A stretch of DNA of 64,000 nt from Escherichia coli. GTDB taxonomy: Bacteria > Pseudomonadota > Gammaproteobacteria > Enterobacterales > Enterobacteriaceae. Below, piece by piece: positions 48,292-57,512 of the stretch. The notes beneath the pieces were generated by a model, which made no database searches, had not been told where the DNA came from, and saw only the letters and a list, made by a program, of their open reading frames with translations. Every line of letters begins with the position of its first letter. The first letter of the stretch is position 1. The translations under genes were made by a program, and so were the position numbers. The stretch lies in NCBI GenBank assembly GCA_902500055.1, contig GCA_902500055.1_4131.1; one strand, written 5' to 3'.

Positions 48292-50580
48292 TTATACTAG
48301 TGCTTTATCTACAGCTTTGGTACGTTTCGGCTTAATACCGATTTTACCATCAATAACATCAAATGTAATGTTACCACCATTCACAAGTGAACCACACAAC
48401 ATTTCTTTAGCTAGTGGTACACGAATGTTTTGTTCAATGGTACGTTTCATTGGACGTGCACCCATGCCAACTTTTACCCCATTTTTCGCAAGCCATTCAC
48501 GTGCAGCTTTTGTTAATGTAACTTTAACATTACGGTCTTTGACTTGTTCATTCAAACCACCCATGAACTTATCAATGATGCTGTCAATAGCTTCACTGCT
48601 TAGGTCTTTAAACGTAACGATACTATCAATACGGTTAATAAACTCTGGTGGCAAGAATGCTTTAATTGCCTTGTCCTGTGCAGTGTCACTACCGCTCATA
48701 CCAATGCTACGCTTTGTTGAATCAGCCGCACCAAGGTTTGTAGTCATAATAACAGTTACGTTATTAAAATATACAGTTTTACCTTGAGAACCAGTCAGAC
48801 GACCTTCATCCAAAACCTGTAGGAAGGTTAGTAGTACTTTACGATCTGCTTTTTCAATTTCATCAAGTAACAGTACTGCATTAGGGAACTGCTCAATTTT
48901 ATCCAACAGTAAACCGTTACCAGAATCATGACCAACATAACCTGGAGGTGAACCAATTAGTTTAGAAACAGTATGTTCTTGAGAAAATTCTGACATATCA
49001 AAGCGAATCAGTTCCGCACCAGTTGCATCTGCTAATGCTTTGGTAATTTCTGTTTTACCAGTACCAGATGGTCCAACAAACATAAATGCACCCTGAACAC
49101 TAGATTTGTCACGCAGTCCTGCACGAGCTACCATCACGTTATCAACTAATTTTTGAATAGCTTCCTCTTGACCGTATACACGTGAGCGTAGTGCATCTGG
49201 TAGATTACGCATACGATCACTTTCAGTACATGCAACCACGTTGATATCCAAATTGGCAATACCAGCAACAACTTCTTGAATCAAATTGGCAGTAATAAGC
49301 TTACTATTGTTGTCACGTGAACGAACTTTTGCAGCGGCAGCGTCCATTAGATCAATTGCTTTATCTGGGAAGTGCTTATTCTTCAGGAATTTATCACTGA
49401 GAGAAATTACAGCATCCATTGCATCAGTTGTGAACTCAACATTATGGAATTTTTCATAAGTTGGTTTCAAACCATTAACAATTGCACGAGTTTCATCAAT
49501 TGACGGCTCAACTACATCAATTTTCATAAAACGACGAGTTAATGCACTATCTTTCTCGATATTTTTACGATATTCATCATATGTTGTTGCACCAATTACA
49601 CGAATCTCACCACGTGAAAGTGCTGGCTTAAGCATATTGCTCATGTCCATAGAACCATTACTTGCGGAACCAGCCCCAACCATAATATGAATTTCATCAA
49701 TGAAAACAATAGTATTTTCACGTTTCTTTAGTTCTTTTAGCAAATTGTCGATGCGTTCTTCAAACTCACCACGATACTTAGTACCAGCAGTCAATGCACC
49801 AACATTTAGTGAAAGAATTTCAACGTCTTTCAGGTGTTCAGGTACGTTGCCGTCAGCAATAGCTTGTGCAAGACCGTCGATGATTTGTGTTTTACCTACA
49901 CCAGCTTCACCAGTAAGAATAGCATTCTTTTTGGTTTTGCGAGCAAGAGTCTCAATCAATGCAGACAATTCTTTCTGGCGACCAATCATAGGATCTAGTT
50001 TGCCTTCTTTTGCAAGAGCAGTTAGATTCGTTGTATAGTCTTCCAAACCTTTTTGTTTAGATGATTGCTGCTGTTGGGCCACTTTTTTATCTCCAATCGG
50101 TTCGTCATTAATACTTTGTAAGTTGATACCCTTATCAAGTGACTCAACGTGTTTTTGCAATGCACGTGCAGCTTCAGTACAGCTAACACCTTCTTCTTTC
50201 AACGCAGCTTCTAGTGCTGTGTTAGGGAAAGACAGACATTCGAATAGAACAAAATATGCATCAATCGAAAAATCATCACTTTTTAGTTGTTCAATAACTG
50301 ATTTTTTAGAAAGCTCATGTACAACGCGATTCACTAGAAGTGAAGTGCGATTCGCGTCTTCATCTTTAACACTTTTTGGTGCATGTGGAACTGTTGTATT
50401 TTTAAGATAGTTCATCAGGCGGTTGTGCAGTTTGTCTGCATCAATGTTCATATCTTCAAATACGTTCTTGATGCTATCAATAGTCAGTACTGTGGCACTT
50501 ACGTGGTCAATAGTCAAGAATGTATGACCTAGAGATGTTGCCAGTTCGTCGCTTTTTTTGAACAATTGAGTAAGATTCAT
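48292..50580 (-). CDS. clpA: ClpA-type AAA+ unfoldase (two AAA modules, no ClpB middle domain)
   Basis: D1 Walker A GEAGVGKT, Walker B IVFIDEIH; D2 Walker A GPSGTGKT, Walker [11 protein letters not shown]1 leads directly into D2. D2 has KRSIGMSGS where ClpA carries its ClpP-docking IGL loop. Start set at the Met with AGGAG RBS (50580). Confidence 0.9.
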   Translation of the reverse strand: MNLTQLFKKSDELATSLGHTFLTIDHVSATVLTIDSIKNVFEDMNIDADKLHNRLMNYLKNTTVPHAPKSVKDEDANRTSLLVNRVVHELSKKSVIEQLKSDDFSIDAYFVLFECLSFPNTALEAALKEEGVSCTEAARALQKHVESLDKGINLQSINDEPIGDKKVAQQQQSSKQKGLEDYTTNLTALAKEGKLDPMIGRQKELSALIETLARKTKKNAILTGEAGVGKTQIIDGLAQAIADGNVPEHLKDVEILSLNVGALTAGTKYRGEFEERIDNLLKELKKRENTIVFIDEIHIMVGAGSASNGSMDMSNMLKPALSRGEIRVIGATTYDEYRKNIEKDSALTRRFMKIDVVEPSIDETRAIVNGLKPTYEKFHNVEFTTDAMDAVISLSDKFLKNKHFPDKAIDLMDAAAAKVRSRDNNSKLITANLIQEVVAGIANLDINVVACTESDRMRNLPDALRSRVYGQEEAIQKLVDNVMVARAGLRDKSSVQGAFMFVGPSGTGKTEITKALADATGAELIRFDMSEFSQEHTVSKLIGSPPGYVGHDSGNGLLLDKIEQFPNAVLLLDEIEKADRKVLLTFLQVLDEGRLTGSQGKTVYFNNVTVIMTTNLGAADSTKRSIGMSGSDTAQDKAIKAFLPPEFINRIDSIVTFKDLSSEAIDSIIDKFMGGLNEQVKDRNVKVTLTKAAREWLAKNGVKVGMGARPMKRTIEQNIRVPLAKEMLCGSLVNGGNITFDVIDGKIGIKPKRTKAVDKALV

Positions 50581-50620
50581 GTATTCTCCTATGTGATTCA
50601 CGTCACTCTAATTAATAAAC

Positions 50621-50649
50621 ATTATATCACATTCTTACGGTTTGTCTAC
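50621..50649 (-). promoter_or_regulatory. Sigma70-like promoter with extended -10 upstream of ClpA
   Basis: On the minus strand: TAGACA (-35), 17-nt spacer, TGaTATAAT; about 40 nt upstream of the ClpA start. Suggests host-RNAP (early) expression. Confidence 0.45.
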
Positions 50650-50690
50650 AAGGTAAATAAAGATATACCCGATTTATTTTGGAGACAAAC

Positions 50691-52184
50691 ATGACATATA
50701 GAATGTGGAAAAAAGGTAGAACCAATGATTACAAGTTCATTGATTCTGCCATTGCTGAACAATACAACATTGGTGGAGTTGACATGTGGCTTTATGCATA
50801 TGTCGGTCCAAAACAAGTTGCTGACAACACTGACTTATCCTATGGAGGTGATTATACATCTTCAGGATCAGTTGTGTCAAGTATTGGCGATTTAATTTTT
50901 GGTGACACACCAAACAGAAACTACAACCTTGAAGCTATCACACTTAGTTGTGTCTATCAAGTTCAAGAAGCAACTCCAGACTTGAAAATCCCAGGATTGT
51001 TCTTTAATTTCAACACTATGGACATCACAATCCATTATAATACAATGATGCAGCGTTTAGGTAGAAAAATCATGCCAGGGGATGTGATAGAACTACCAAA
51101 TTTACGTGATTTTGATGTATTGGGTAAAGATACAGGTCTAAACCGCTTCTATGTCGTCCAAGATGCATTTCGTACATCTGAGGGATACTCGGTTACGTGG
51201 CAACATCACATTTATAAACTTAGAGTTAAACCGCTAACCGACTCACCTGAGTACTCCGATTTACTCGGTAACAATAATTATCCTGATAATCCAGATGACC
51301 CTAATAATGGTAATGGAAATACCGATGATGGTTCGTCGGAAAACAGTAACTATGGCAATGAAATGGATATCATGAACCGTATCATCATGCAAGCTGATGA
51401 TGAAGTACCCTATATTCATTATACAAATGAACATTTGTATGATGATCGACCTGATACAGTAGATTTATCAAAATATATGCTTAACGGTTATGATTTTCCA
51501 GAAGAACCTGCCGATGGAATGTATTTTTTGAAAAAAACATACCCAGTACTCAAAGAGTTTGTTAATGATACATGGATTTCTGTGGAAGTCAAGCGTGGAA
51601 CCATCTTTCCCAGAAAACCAATGGATGGTGACTTCTTCTTTAAAGAAAATGACGCAGATGTGACAGGTTATACGTTGTATCAATATGATAAAAGTGCTAA
51701 AAAATGGTTAAATTGTGATGTAGAATATACTACCAGTGATGTTCCACCAGAAGATGTGGAAGATTTTTGTATTTTTTATAAAGAACCACACATTTATCAG
51801 TATAATGATGACAAGTGGGGGGAACCAAAGGTAACTTATGTCAATGAACCATTCACGTCCAATTGTGTATATGGTAATATTGATTCGCAACAAGATTATC
51901 GTCCTAAAATTCCACCAGCACGAGGTACAGTCCCTGAAGGAAATATGTTCCCAACTGATGCAGTAGATGGTGACTATTTCTATCGCACCGATTATACTCC
52001 AGTTACGTTATGGGAATTCAATGCAACTAAGAATTCATGGGTTATTTTTGATTATGGTGGAAGAAAACCGTGGGAAGGTGCAGACTTAGCACTTACACAG
52101 TTTGTAAATAGTGATAACAAAGTTCCATTACATGACGCAGTTAAACCTAATACTGTTTATCGCATACATAAGGACACAGAATGA
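50691..52184 (+). CDS. Hypothetical virion protein (possible neck protein), about 497 aa
   Basis: Directly upstream of the gp15-like gene, where T4 has neck genes 13/14. Start set at the ATG with a GGAGA RBS (the track start is a TTG). Contains a Gly/Asn/Asp-rich linker. Confidence 0.45.
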   Translation: MTYRMWKKGRTNDYKFIDSAIAEQYNIGGVDMWLYAYVGPKQVADNTDLSYGGDYTSSGSVVSSIGDLIFGDTPNRNYNLEAITLSCVYQVQEATPDLKIPGLFFNFNTMDITIHYNTMMQRLGRKIMPGDVIELPNLRDFDVLGKDTGLNRFYVVQDAFRTSEGYSVTWQHHIYKLRVKPLTDSPEYSDLLGNNNYPDNPDDPNNGNGNTDDGSSENSNYGNEMDIMNRIIMQADDEVPYIHYTNEHLYDDRPDTVDLSKYMLNGYDFPEEPADGMYFLKKTYPVLKEFVNDTWISVEVKRGTIFPRKPMDGDFFFKENDADVTGYTLYQYDKSAKKWLNCDVEYTTSDVPPEDVEDFCIFYKEPHIYQYNDDKWGEPKVTYVNEPFTSNCVYGNIDSQQDYRPKIPPARGTVPEGNMFPTDAVDGDYFYRTDYTPVTLWEFNATKNSWVIFDYGGRKPWEGADLALTQFVNSDNKVPLHDAVKPNTVYRIHKDTE

Positions 52185-53524
52185 AAATAGATTATTATTA
52201 TGACGGTCAATTTCGCAGAGTACTGAAACATCTTATCAGAGTTTTTGGTGAATTTCAAGTACAAAATGGTATTGATGCTAATGGAAACCCAAAATACAAA
52301 AAGGTTCCATGTCGCTATGCCGATATTTCAAGAATGGCAGCAGCAATTATAAATGGGAATAGTGAAAATGTTCTCCCATCAGCACCTATAATGACCATAA
52401 GTGTTAATCAACTAAAGTTGGATCGTAAAAATATTCGTTCTAATGCCAACGAAACTATAGTAATGGGGTCTAACAAGTCCCCTGCTATTAATGAGTACAC
52501 AAAAGATCTTGACACACAATACAAAATTGTAAGACATAACCCAGTACCTTGGACTTTTACGTTTGATTTGAATATTTGGGTAACTCAAACTCAAACTAAA
52601 ATGGAATTATTCGAACAAATCTCAACTTTGTTTGCACCTAGTATACAACTTCAATTATCTGATAACCCGTTAGATTGGACATCGCTTAGTGATGTTGAAC
52701 TAATAGATTGTCAGTTTTCTACTCGTGGTTTTCCACAAGGAACTGACCCAGATTTGGATATAATGGTTTTAACATTTGAAACGACAATATGGTTTTCTTT
52801 ACCAGCTATTGTTGAAAAACCAAAATTAATCCAACAGATTACTACAAATATTAAAGGTGCTCGTGACGAATTTGATTTTGAAATGGGAAATTATTCAGAT
52901 ATAATAACAGATGTTTTTACACCCAAGAATTTATGCATTAAAGTTGAAGAAATTACTAATTCCAAGTATAATTTACCTGATACATACCAACTTACCTTGG
53001 TTAGCCAATCGCTATCTGCGGTTTCTCCCAACGGTGGAATATATTCATGGGAAAAATATCTTAAATATCTAGAACCAAATTTTGATGACAAAAAAGTAGG
53101 GATTAAATTTCAACAATCTATTGAAGAAGACAACCCACTAAAAGGTCATATAGCGTCGTATGGTGAAAATGAAGATGCCAACAAAATTATAGTACAGCTT
53201 GATAATACCAATTATACTGTTGATTACACTATACATGGGTTTGTGCAGAAAGATTCAGTACTTTCAAGTGCATTACCTGAACAATATTATGTAAATAACA
53301 GTATACATAACATCATTTATAAAGAAACCGAAATCCCATCAAATTATTTGTTTAAAATTACAAATGATGGTGCACAATTAATTGATCCATCTACTGTACG
53401 AAATTACATTTATAATAAAGAAGACAATGGTTATTATAGATATAATGACAAATTTAAATGGCATAAAAGTATCATGCCTGTGTATCGTCAGGGATATTGG
53501 AAAATAACTTTCACTGACAAATAA
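52181..53524 (+). CDS. gp15: Tail sheath stabiliser / tail completion protein gp15-like (extended)
   Basis: N-terminal 200 aa parallels T4 gp15 as recalled (YYYDGQFRR; KYKKVPCRYA; QYKIVRHNPVPWTFTFDLNIW...LFEQI; LTFETTIWFSLP). ATGA overlap with the upstream gene. Confidence 0.6.
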   Translation: MKIDYYYDGQFRRVLKHLIRVFGEFQVQNGIDANGNPKYKKVPCRYADISRMAAAIINGNSENVLPSAPIMTISVNQLKLDRKNIRSNANETIVMGSNKSPAINEYTKDLDTQYKIVRHNPVPWTFTFDLNIWVTQTQTKMELFEQISTLFAPSIQLQLSDNPLDWTSLSDVELIDCQFSTRGFPQGTDPDLDIMVLTFETTIWFSLPAIVEKPKLIQQITTNIKGARDEFDFEMGNYSDIITDVFTPKNLCIKVEEITNSKYNLPDTYQLTLVSQSLSAVSPNGGIYSWEKYLKYLEPNFDDKKVGIKFQQSIEEDNPLKGHIASYGENEDANKIIVQLDNTNYTVDYTIHGFVQKDSVLSSALPEQYYVNNSIHNIIYKETEIPSNYLFKITNDGAQLIDPSTVRNYIYNKEDNGYYRYNDKFKWHKSIMPVYRQGYWKITFTDK

Positions 53525-53537
53525 AGGAGGTGTTGTT

Positions 53538-54002
53538 ATGAATGAAGCGGTTGGTGCTATATTTTTATCAAAAAGTACTGGACATATGATGTTAAACTTG
53601 CGTTCTGAAAGAAGTACCTATTCTAACAACTGGGCATTTGTTGGTGGAAAGCTTGAACATAACGAAACACCACTACAAGGTCTGATGAGAGAAATTAAAG
53701 AAGAGTTGGGCAACTCAATACCTAACATTATTGATATTATACCGTTTGATGTATTTTGTACAAAAAATGGTAAATTTAAATATTATTCATTTGTTATTGT
53801 AGTTGAGAATGAATTTGTACCAACTTTAAATCATGAAAGCTCTGGTTATGCTTGGGTTAGAATTGGTTCTTGGCCTAAACCATTACACCCTGGTGCTAAA
53901 AATACTTTACTTAACACAAACTTAATGAAAGATTTTTACTCACTATGGGAAAGTATACGTGAAGGTACACAGTTTGTCAACAGTTTACCATATAGATATT
54001 AA
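53538..54002 (+). CDS. Nudix hydrolase
   Basis: Canonical Nudix box GGKLEHNETPLQGLMREIKEELG (G-x5-E-x7-REUxEExGU). AAAGGAGG RBS. Confidence 0.85.
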   Translation: MNEAVGAIFLSKSTGHMMLNLRSERSTYSNNWAFVGGKLEHNETPLQGLMREIKEELGNSIPNIIDIIPFDVFCTKNGKFKYYSFVIVVENEFVPTLNHESSGYAWVRIGSWPKPLHPGAKNTLLNTNLMKDFYSLWESIREGTQFVNSLPYRY

Positions 54003-54032
54003 AACAAAAAGGAGCCGTGTGGCTCCTTTTTT
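54002..54032. terminator. Bidirectional hairpin terminator between Nudix (+) and the 54032-55132 gene (-)
   Basis: A-run, GGAGCC-GTGT-GGCTCC, T-run. Confidence 0.65.
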
Positions 54033-55132
54033 TATACTCCAATAATCGGAATACCTGTAATATTTAACAACACGGATGCTTGTAGTTTAACGGATTCACC
54101 AGCAGTTAGATTACTAATGCTACCATCAACTCGAAAACCTAAATTTTTATTTGAGTTTAGAGAATTGATAACCCAATTTTCATAATCAGCTTTAGATGTT
54201 CCATTAGGATTTGGGATAGATGGATCTACACCATTAATAACAATATTTACGTCCCAGTTTGGGCGACTACTGGTAATAACATCTTTTATGGATTCTAATT
54301 GTGTAATCCTACGTGGGTCTGGCATTTGACTTGCCCCCACCGAACCAGGAACAAAAGTTCCTTGATTATCTACATAAAATTGCCCTTTTATAAAAAAGGT
54401 TTTTGAATTGTATGGAAGAGAAACTATCTCACCAGAAGAATCATTTACTTCTCTAATCATAATTTTTAATTCATAGAAATAGTTGCTACCAAATTCAAAG
54501 ACACCAGTACCATTAGTTAATGTTGTCCAGTTATTTGTATCTACTTGTGAAGTACCACCTAAGTTAAAATACGCAATTGGTTTAGTACTGTTACTTTGTG
54601 TGAACTCTATATATTTTTTACCATTATCATAGTTAATATCTAATAATGATGAATACTCTTTGTTTTCTGGTCTAGATGTTTGAATTTCACGCCATTCTTT
54701 GTTTTTCATTAACACACGAAGAGAATCACCGTTACTAGTTAATACCATACGACCCATAACACTATTTTCACCATCAGGTACTGTGTTAAAAACAGTAATC
54801 ATAGGGATAGCCGCCCATTCAGCTTCACTTACCATATCAGCAGGTTGTCTAGCATTATCAACTAATGATATCAATAACTCACCAGTACTACCAGTGTTTC
54901 TATACCAAAGTTGACCATTGACGTTGCCACGTGGTGCAGATGCTGAACTGAAATTTTCAACTAAATGTAAAAAGTTTTCGTTCCATGCTTGACCGTAACT
55001 TACTTTATTTCTACCAACTAAATTTAACGGAACTGGGTTACTTCCGGGCTGGTTTGGTCCTAAAATAACATTATTTGGAATGGTAGCATAAACACTACCA
55101 TTACTTCTATAAATTGTATAATTAACACTCAT
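54032..55132 (-). CDS. Hypothetical virion structural protein (366 aa)
   Basis: Asn/Ser/Thr/Gly-rich, beta-rich composition; last gene of a three-gene minus-strand operon. No motif recognised. Confidence 0.5.
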   Translation of the reverse strand: MSVNYTIYRSNGSVYATIPNNVILGPNQPGSNPVPLNLVGRNKVSYGQAWNENFLHLVENFSSASAPRGNVNGQLWYRNTGSTGELLISLVDNARQPADMVSEAEWAAIPMITVFNTVPDGENSVMGRMVLTSNGDSLRVLMKNKEWREIQTSRPENKEYSSLLDINYDNGKKYIEFTQSNSTKPIAYFNLGGTSQVDTNNWTTLTNGTGVFEFGSNYFYELKIMIREVNDSSGEIVSLPYNSKTFFIKGQFYVDNQGTFVPGSVGASQMPDPRRITQLESIKDVITSSRPNWDVNIVINGVDPSIPNPNGTSKADYENWVINSLNSNKNLGFRVDGSISNLTAGESVKLQASVLLNITGIPIIGV

Positions 55133-55144
55133 TATATGTCCCCA

Positions 55145-55753
55145 TTATTGTAATTGTACACGAACTGTGTATTTAATTTGTAAGACACGGTTTGCACTTT
55201 TCTCAACTGGGTGAAAAATGATATGGGTTAAAGGAATACCACTATCGCCATCCGTGTATAATCCCAATTCATCAAACACATAAGTTCCATCCATGCTTGT
55301 CCCTGAGCTTACACCTTGGTCGGATGGTTCACCTAACCCTAGAGTACAAATACATACAATATCAGTATAGGACTGTCCTGGTATATGTACAGTTGTAATA
55401 TTATTGTATTGTGAATCAATACCTGCCGTAATTCGTGGGTTGATTTTTTTCAAATATGTTTGTGAATACAAACCACCAAATGATGTAACACGTGGTTTTT
55501 TATAAGTAACACGACCAGTACTTAAAACTACTGTACCACCATTACCAAAACGCATCTCGCTAATAGAACCAATAGGAATACCAGTACTGTCTTGATTATA
55601 TGCTAACGCATTAGCAATGGCAGTACTCATATTTTCAGGGTGAATAGCGTTAGATTTATCTAAAACGATTTTTTGATTTGATGGATCAGTAACGTCAGTA
55701 ATTAGGACATGACCTTTAACAAATAGTTTTGGTTGTTCTGTTTCTAATTTCAT
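55145..55753 (-). CDS. Hypothetical virion structural protein (202 aa)
   Basis: ORF in the same minus-strand operon; no motif recognised. Confidence 0.5.
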   Translation of the reverse strand: MKLETEQPKLFVKGHVLITDVTDPSNQKIVLDKSNAIHPENMSTAIANALAYNQDSTGIPIGSISEMRFGNGGTVVLSTGRVTYKKPRVTSFGGLYSQTYLKKINPRITAGIDSQYNNITTVHIPGQSYTDIVCICTLGLGEPSDQGVSSGTSMDGTYVFDELGLYTDGDSGIPLTHIIFHPVEKSANRVLQIKYTVRVQLQ

Positions 55754-55762
55754 TTCTAATCC

Positions 55763-56260
55763 TTAGTAGTTAATTAAAATTTGTTCTAACTTCCCAGCTA
55801 AACTTTTTTGGACATCTGATGGATACTTACTAATATAATCACGGTCTATACCAACTTTAAGGTAAGTAAAATTACCAGTTACTGTTTCAGCAAATGTTCC
55901 GGTAGTTCCTTGTTGTCTAATTAAATCTCCACCATTTGGATTTAAAATAACCATATCAGTAAATTCAAGATAATAATTACAACTTTCAGTGAATTTAATT
56001 GGAAACCAATCATCATCAGTAGGATTACTAGCTAATGTAGCTAACACATAAATTCTACCAATAAAATTACGTAGTGTAAATGAAATCGTATGTAAACCTG
56101 TAGTACAGCCATAGTAGCCACCACTTGCTAGTGGTAACGTTTGTTCATTCCAGTGATAATCCAAGTTAGCTGGATACCAGCTATCAGATTCAGGAAAATC
56201 TTGCCATGAACCATCTTTTGTTTTTCTTCTGAAGAGAAAGTCTTTTGATCTTAATGCCAT
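55763..56260 (-). CDS. Hypothetical protein (165 aa)
   Basis: First gene of the minus-strand three-gene operon; no motif recognised. Confidence 0.5.
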   Translation of the reverse strand: MALRSKDFLFRRKTKDGSWQDFPESDSWYPANLDYHWNEQTLPLASGGYYGCTTGLHTISFTLRNFIGRIYVLATLASNPTDDDWFPIKFTESCNYYLEFTDMVILNPNGGDLIRQQGTTGTFAETVTGNFTYLKVGIDRDYISKYPSDVQKSLAGKLEQILINY

Positions 56261-56370
56261 TGTTTAAGCCCTTTTAGTAGTGAACTTTCATTTATTTATT
56301 AATGATAACGAAATGTATTTTGTACTGATAAATATTGGTATATGACATTAACTCATACAAGGGAAATATT

Positions 56371-57498
56371 ATGACAATTTCATTTAACAATGGGTCCAGT
56401 GGTTCATGTAATAACTCCGGCATCAAAAGTCTAGTTATTAATGGTGCTGGGCATTTAATTGTAACCTATGCAGATAACACAATTCAAGATTTAGGTCTTG
56501 TTGTAGGACAGAATGGCGAGAATGGTAAAAACTTTTATCCTAATGAGATTGGTTTTGAAATTCCTTCCGAACAATTTAAAGTTGGTGAACCACTTGGGTG
56601 GTGCTACTTAAGCTTGGCTAACAACACCAGTACTCTATACTTTAAATCAAACGATGCACAAGATCCGACAAGTACATGGATTAGTGTTGAGTTTGGTAAA
56701 GGTGATACTGGTGAAGCGGGTAAGCCGTTCCACATTGATAGTGCTGGGACTACTTTCCCAACAACTGGTCTTTTTAATAACTATACATTTTATAATACTC
56801 AAGATGGTAAGCTTTATTTCTATCAAAGTGTAACTGCCACTTGGAGTGATGGTATCCCTTTCCGTGGTGAACAAGGTCCGCGTGGTCGTTTCCATATTGA
56901 TAGTAGTGGTGATCAATTTCCAAGTATTGAAAATCTTCCAGTTGATTATTGTTTTTATAACAACACTGATGGAAAACTATATTATGTTGATGAAGTAACT
57001 ACAACTACCCCTCCTTCAAAAGAGTGGAGTGATGGTATTCTATTCCGTGGTAAAGAAGGTCAGCAAGGTATTCAAGGTATACAAGGCGAACCAGGTGCAC
57101 CAGGTAAAGATACAATTTCTATTAGAAATACAATAGATAGCTCATGGACTAACGCACTATTAGTTATTGGTACGTGTCCTGCTGGATATGTAGTTTCTAA
57201 TATTGATGTAAACGTTATACAACCTTATTCTCTTCCTGTAACTGATATGTTTGTACGTTTTGGTGGTGAAGCACAAGAAGATATTGGTGGGACTGTAATT
57301 GCACCAACTTCCTACTTTGATATCAATCGTCAGATGCGTTTTATTGTTAATGAAACTAATCATGCAGCATCCGATGTTGATGAAATTATTTCATGTGTAT
57401 TCAACGATTCTGTTAACAACAGTCCTTATGGAAAAATGGAAATTATTTGTACTCTTTCATGGCAAGCTCCTATCCAACCGATTCAAGATAATATTTAA
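56371..57498 (+). CDS. Collagen-like (G-X-Y) repeat fibre protein
   Basis: Short Gly-X-Y runs (GENGKNFYP; GDTGEAGKP; GEQGPRGRF; GKEGQQGIQGIQGEPGAPGKD) and an internal duplication (FYNTQDGKLYFYQ...WSDGIPFRGEQG / FYNNTDGKLYYVD...WSDGILFRGKEG). Start set at the MTISFNN Met (AAGGGAAA RBS). Confidence 0.6.
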   Translation: MTISFNNGSSGSCNNSGIKSLVINGAGHLIVTYADNTIQDLGLVVGQNGENGKNFYPNEIGFEIPSEQFKVGEPLGWCYLSLANNTSTLYFKSNDAQDPTSTWISVEFGKGDTGEAGKPFHIDSAGTTFPTTGLFNNYTFYNTQDGKLYFYQSVTATWSDGIPFRGEQGPRGRFHIDSSGDQFPSIENLPVDYCFYNNTDGKLYYVDEVTTTTPPSKEWSDGILFRGKEGQQGIQGIQGEPGAPGKDTISIRNTIDSSWTNALLVIGTCPAGYVVSNIDVNVIQPYSLPVTDMFVRFGGEAQEDIGGTVIAPTSYFDINRQMRFIVNETNHAASDVDEIISCVFNDSVNNSPYGKMEIICTLSWQAPIQPIQDNI

Positions 57499-57512
57499 GG
57501 GAGGATGTCATA

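Noticed and set aside
48292-50580. ClpB/Hsp104 disaggregase assignment
   Set aside because: D1 runs directly into D2 with no long coiled-coil middle domain, and an IGM tripeptide sits at the position of the ClpA ClpP-docking loop, so ClpA-type is the better call.
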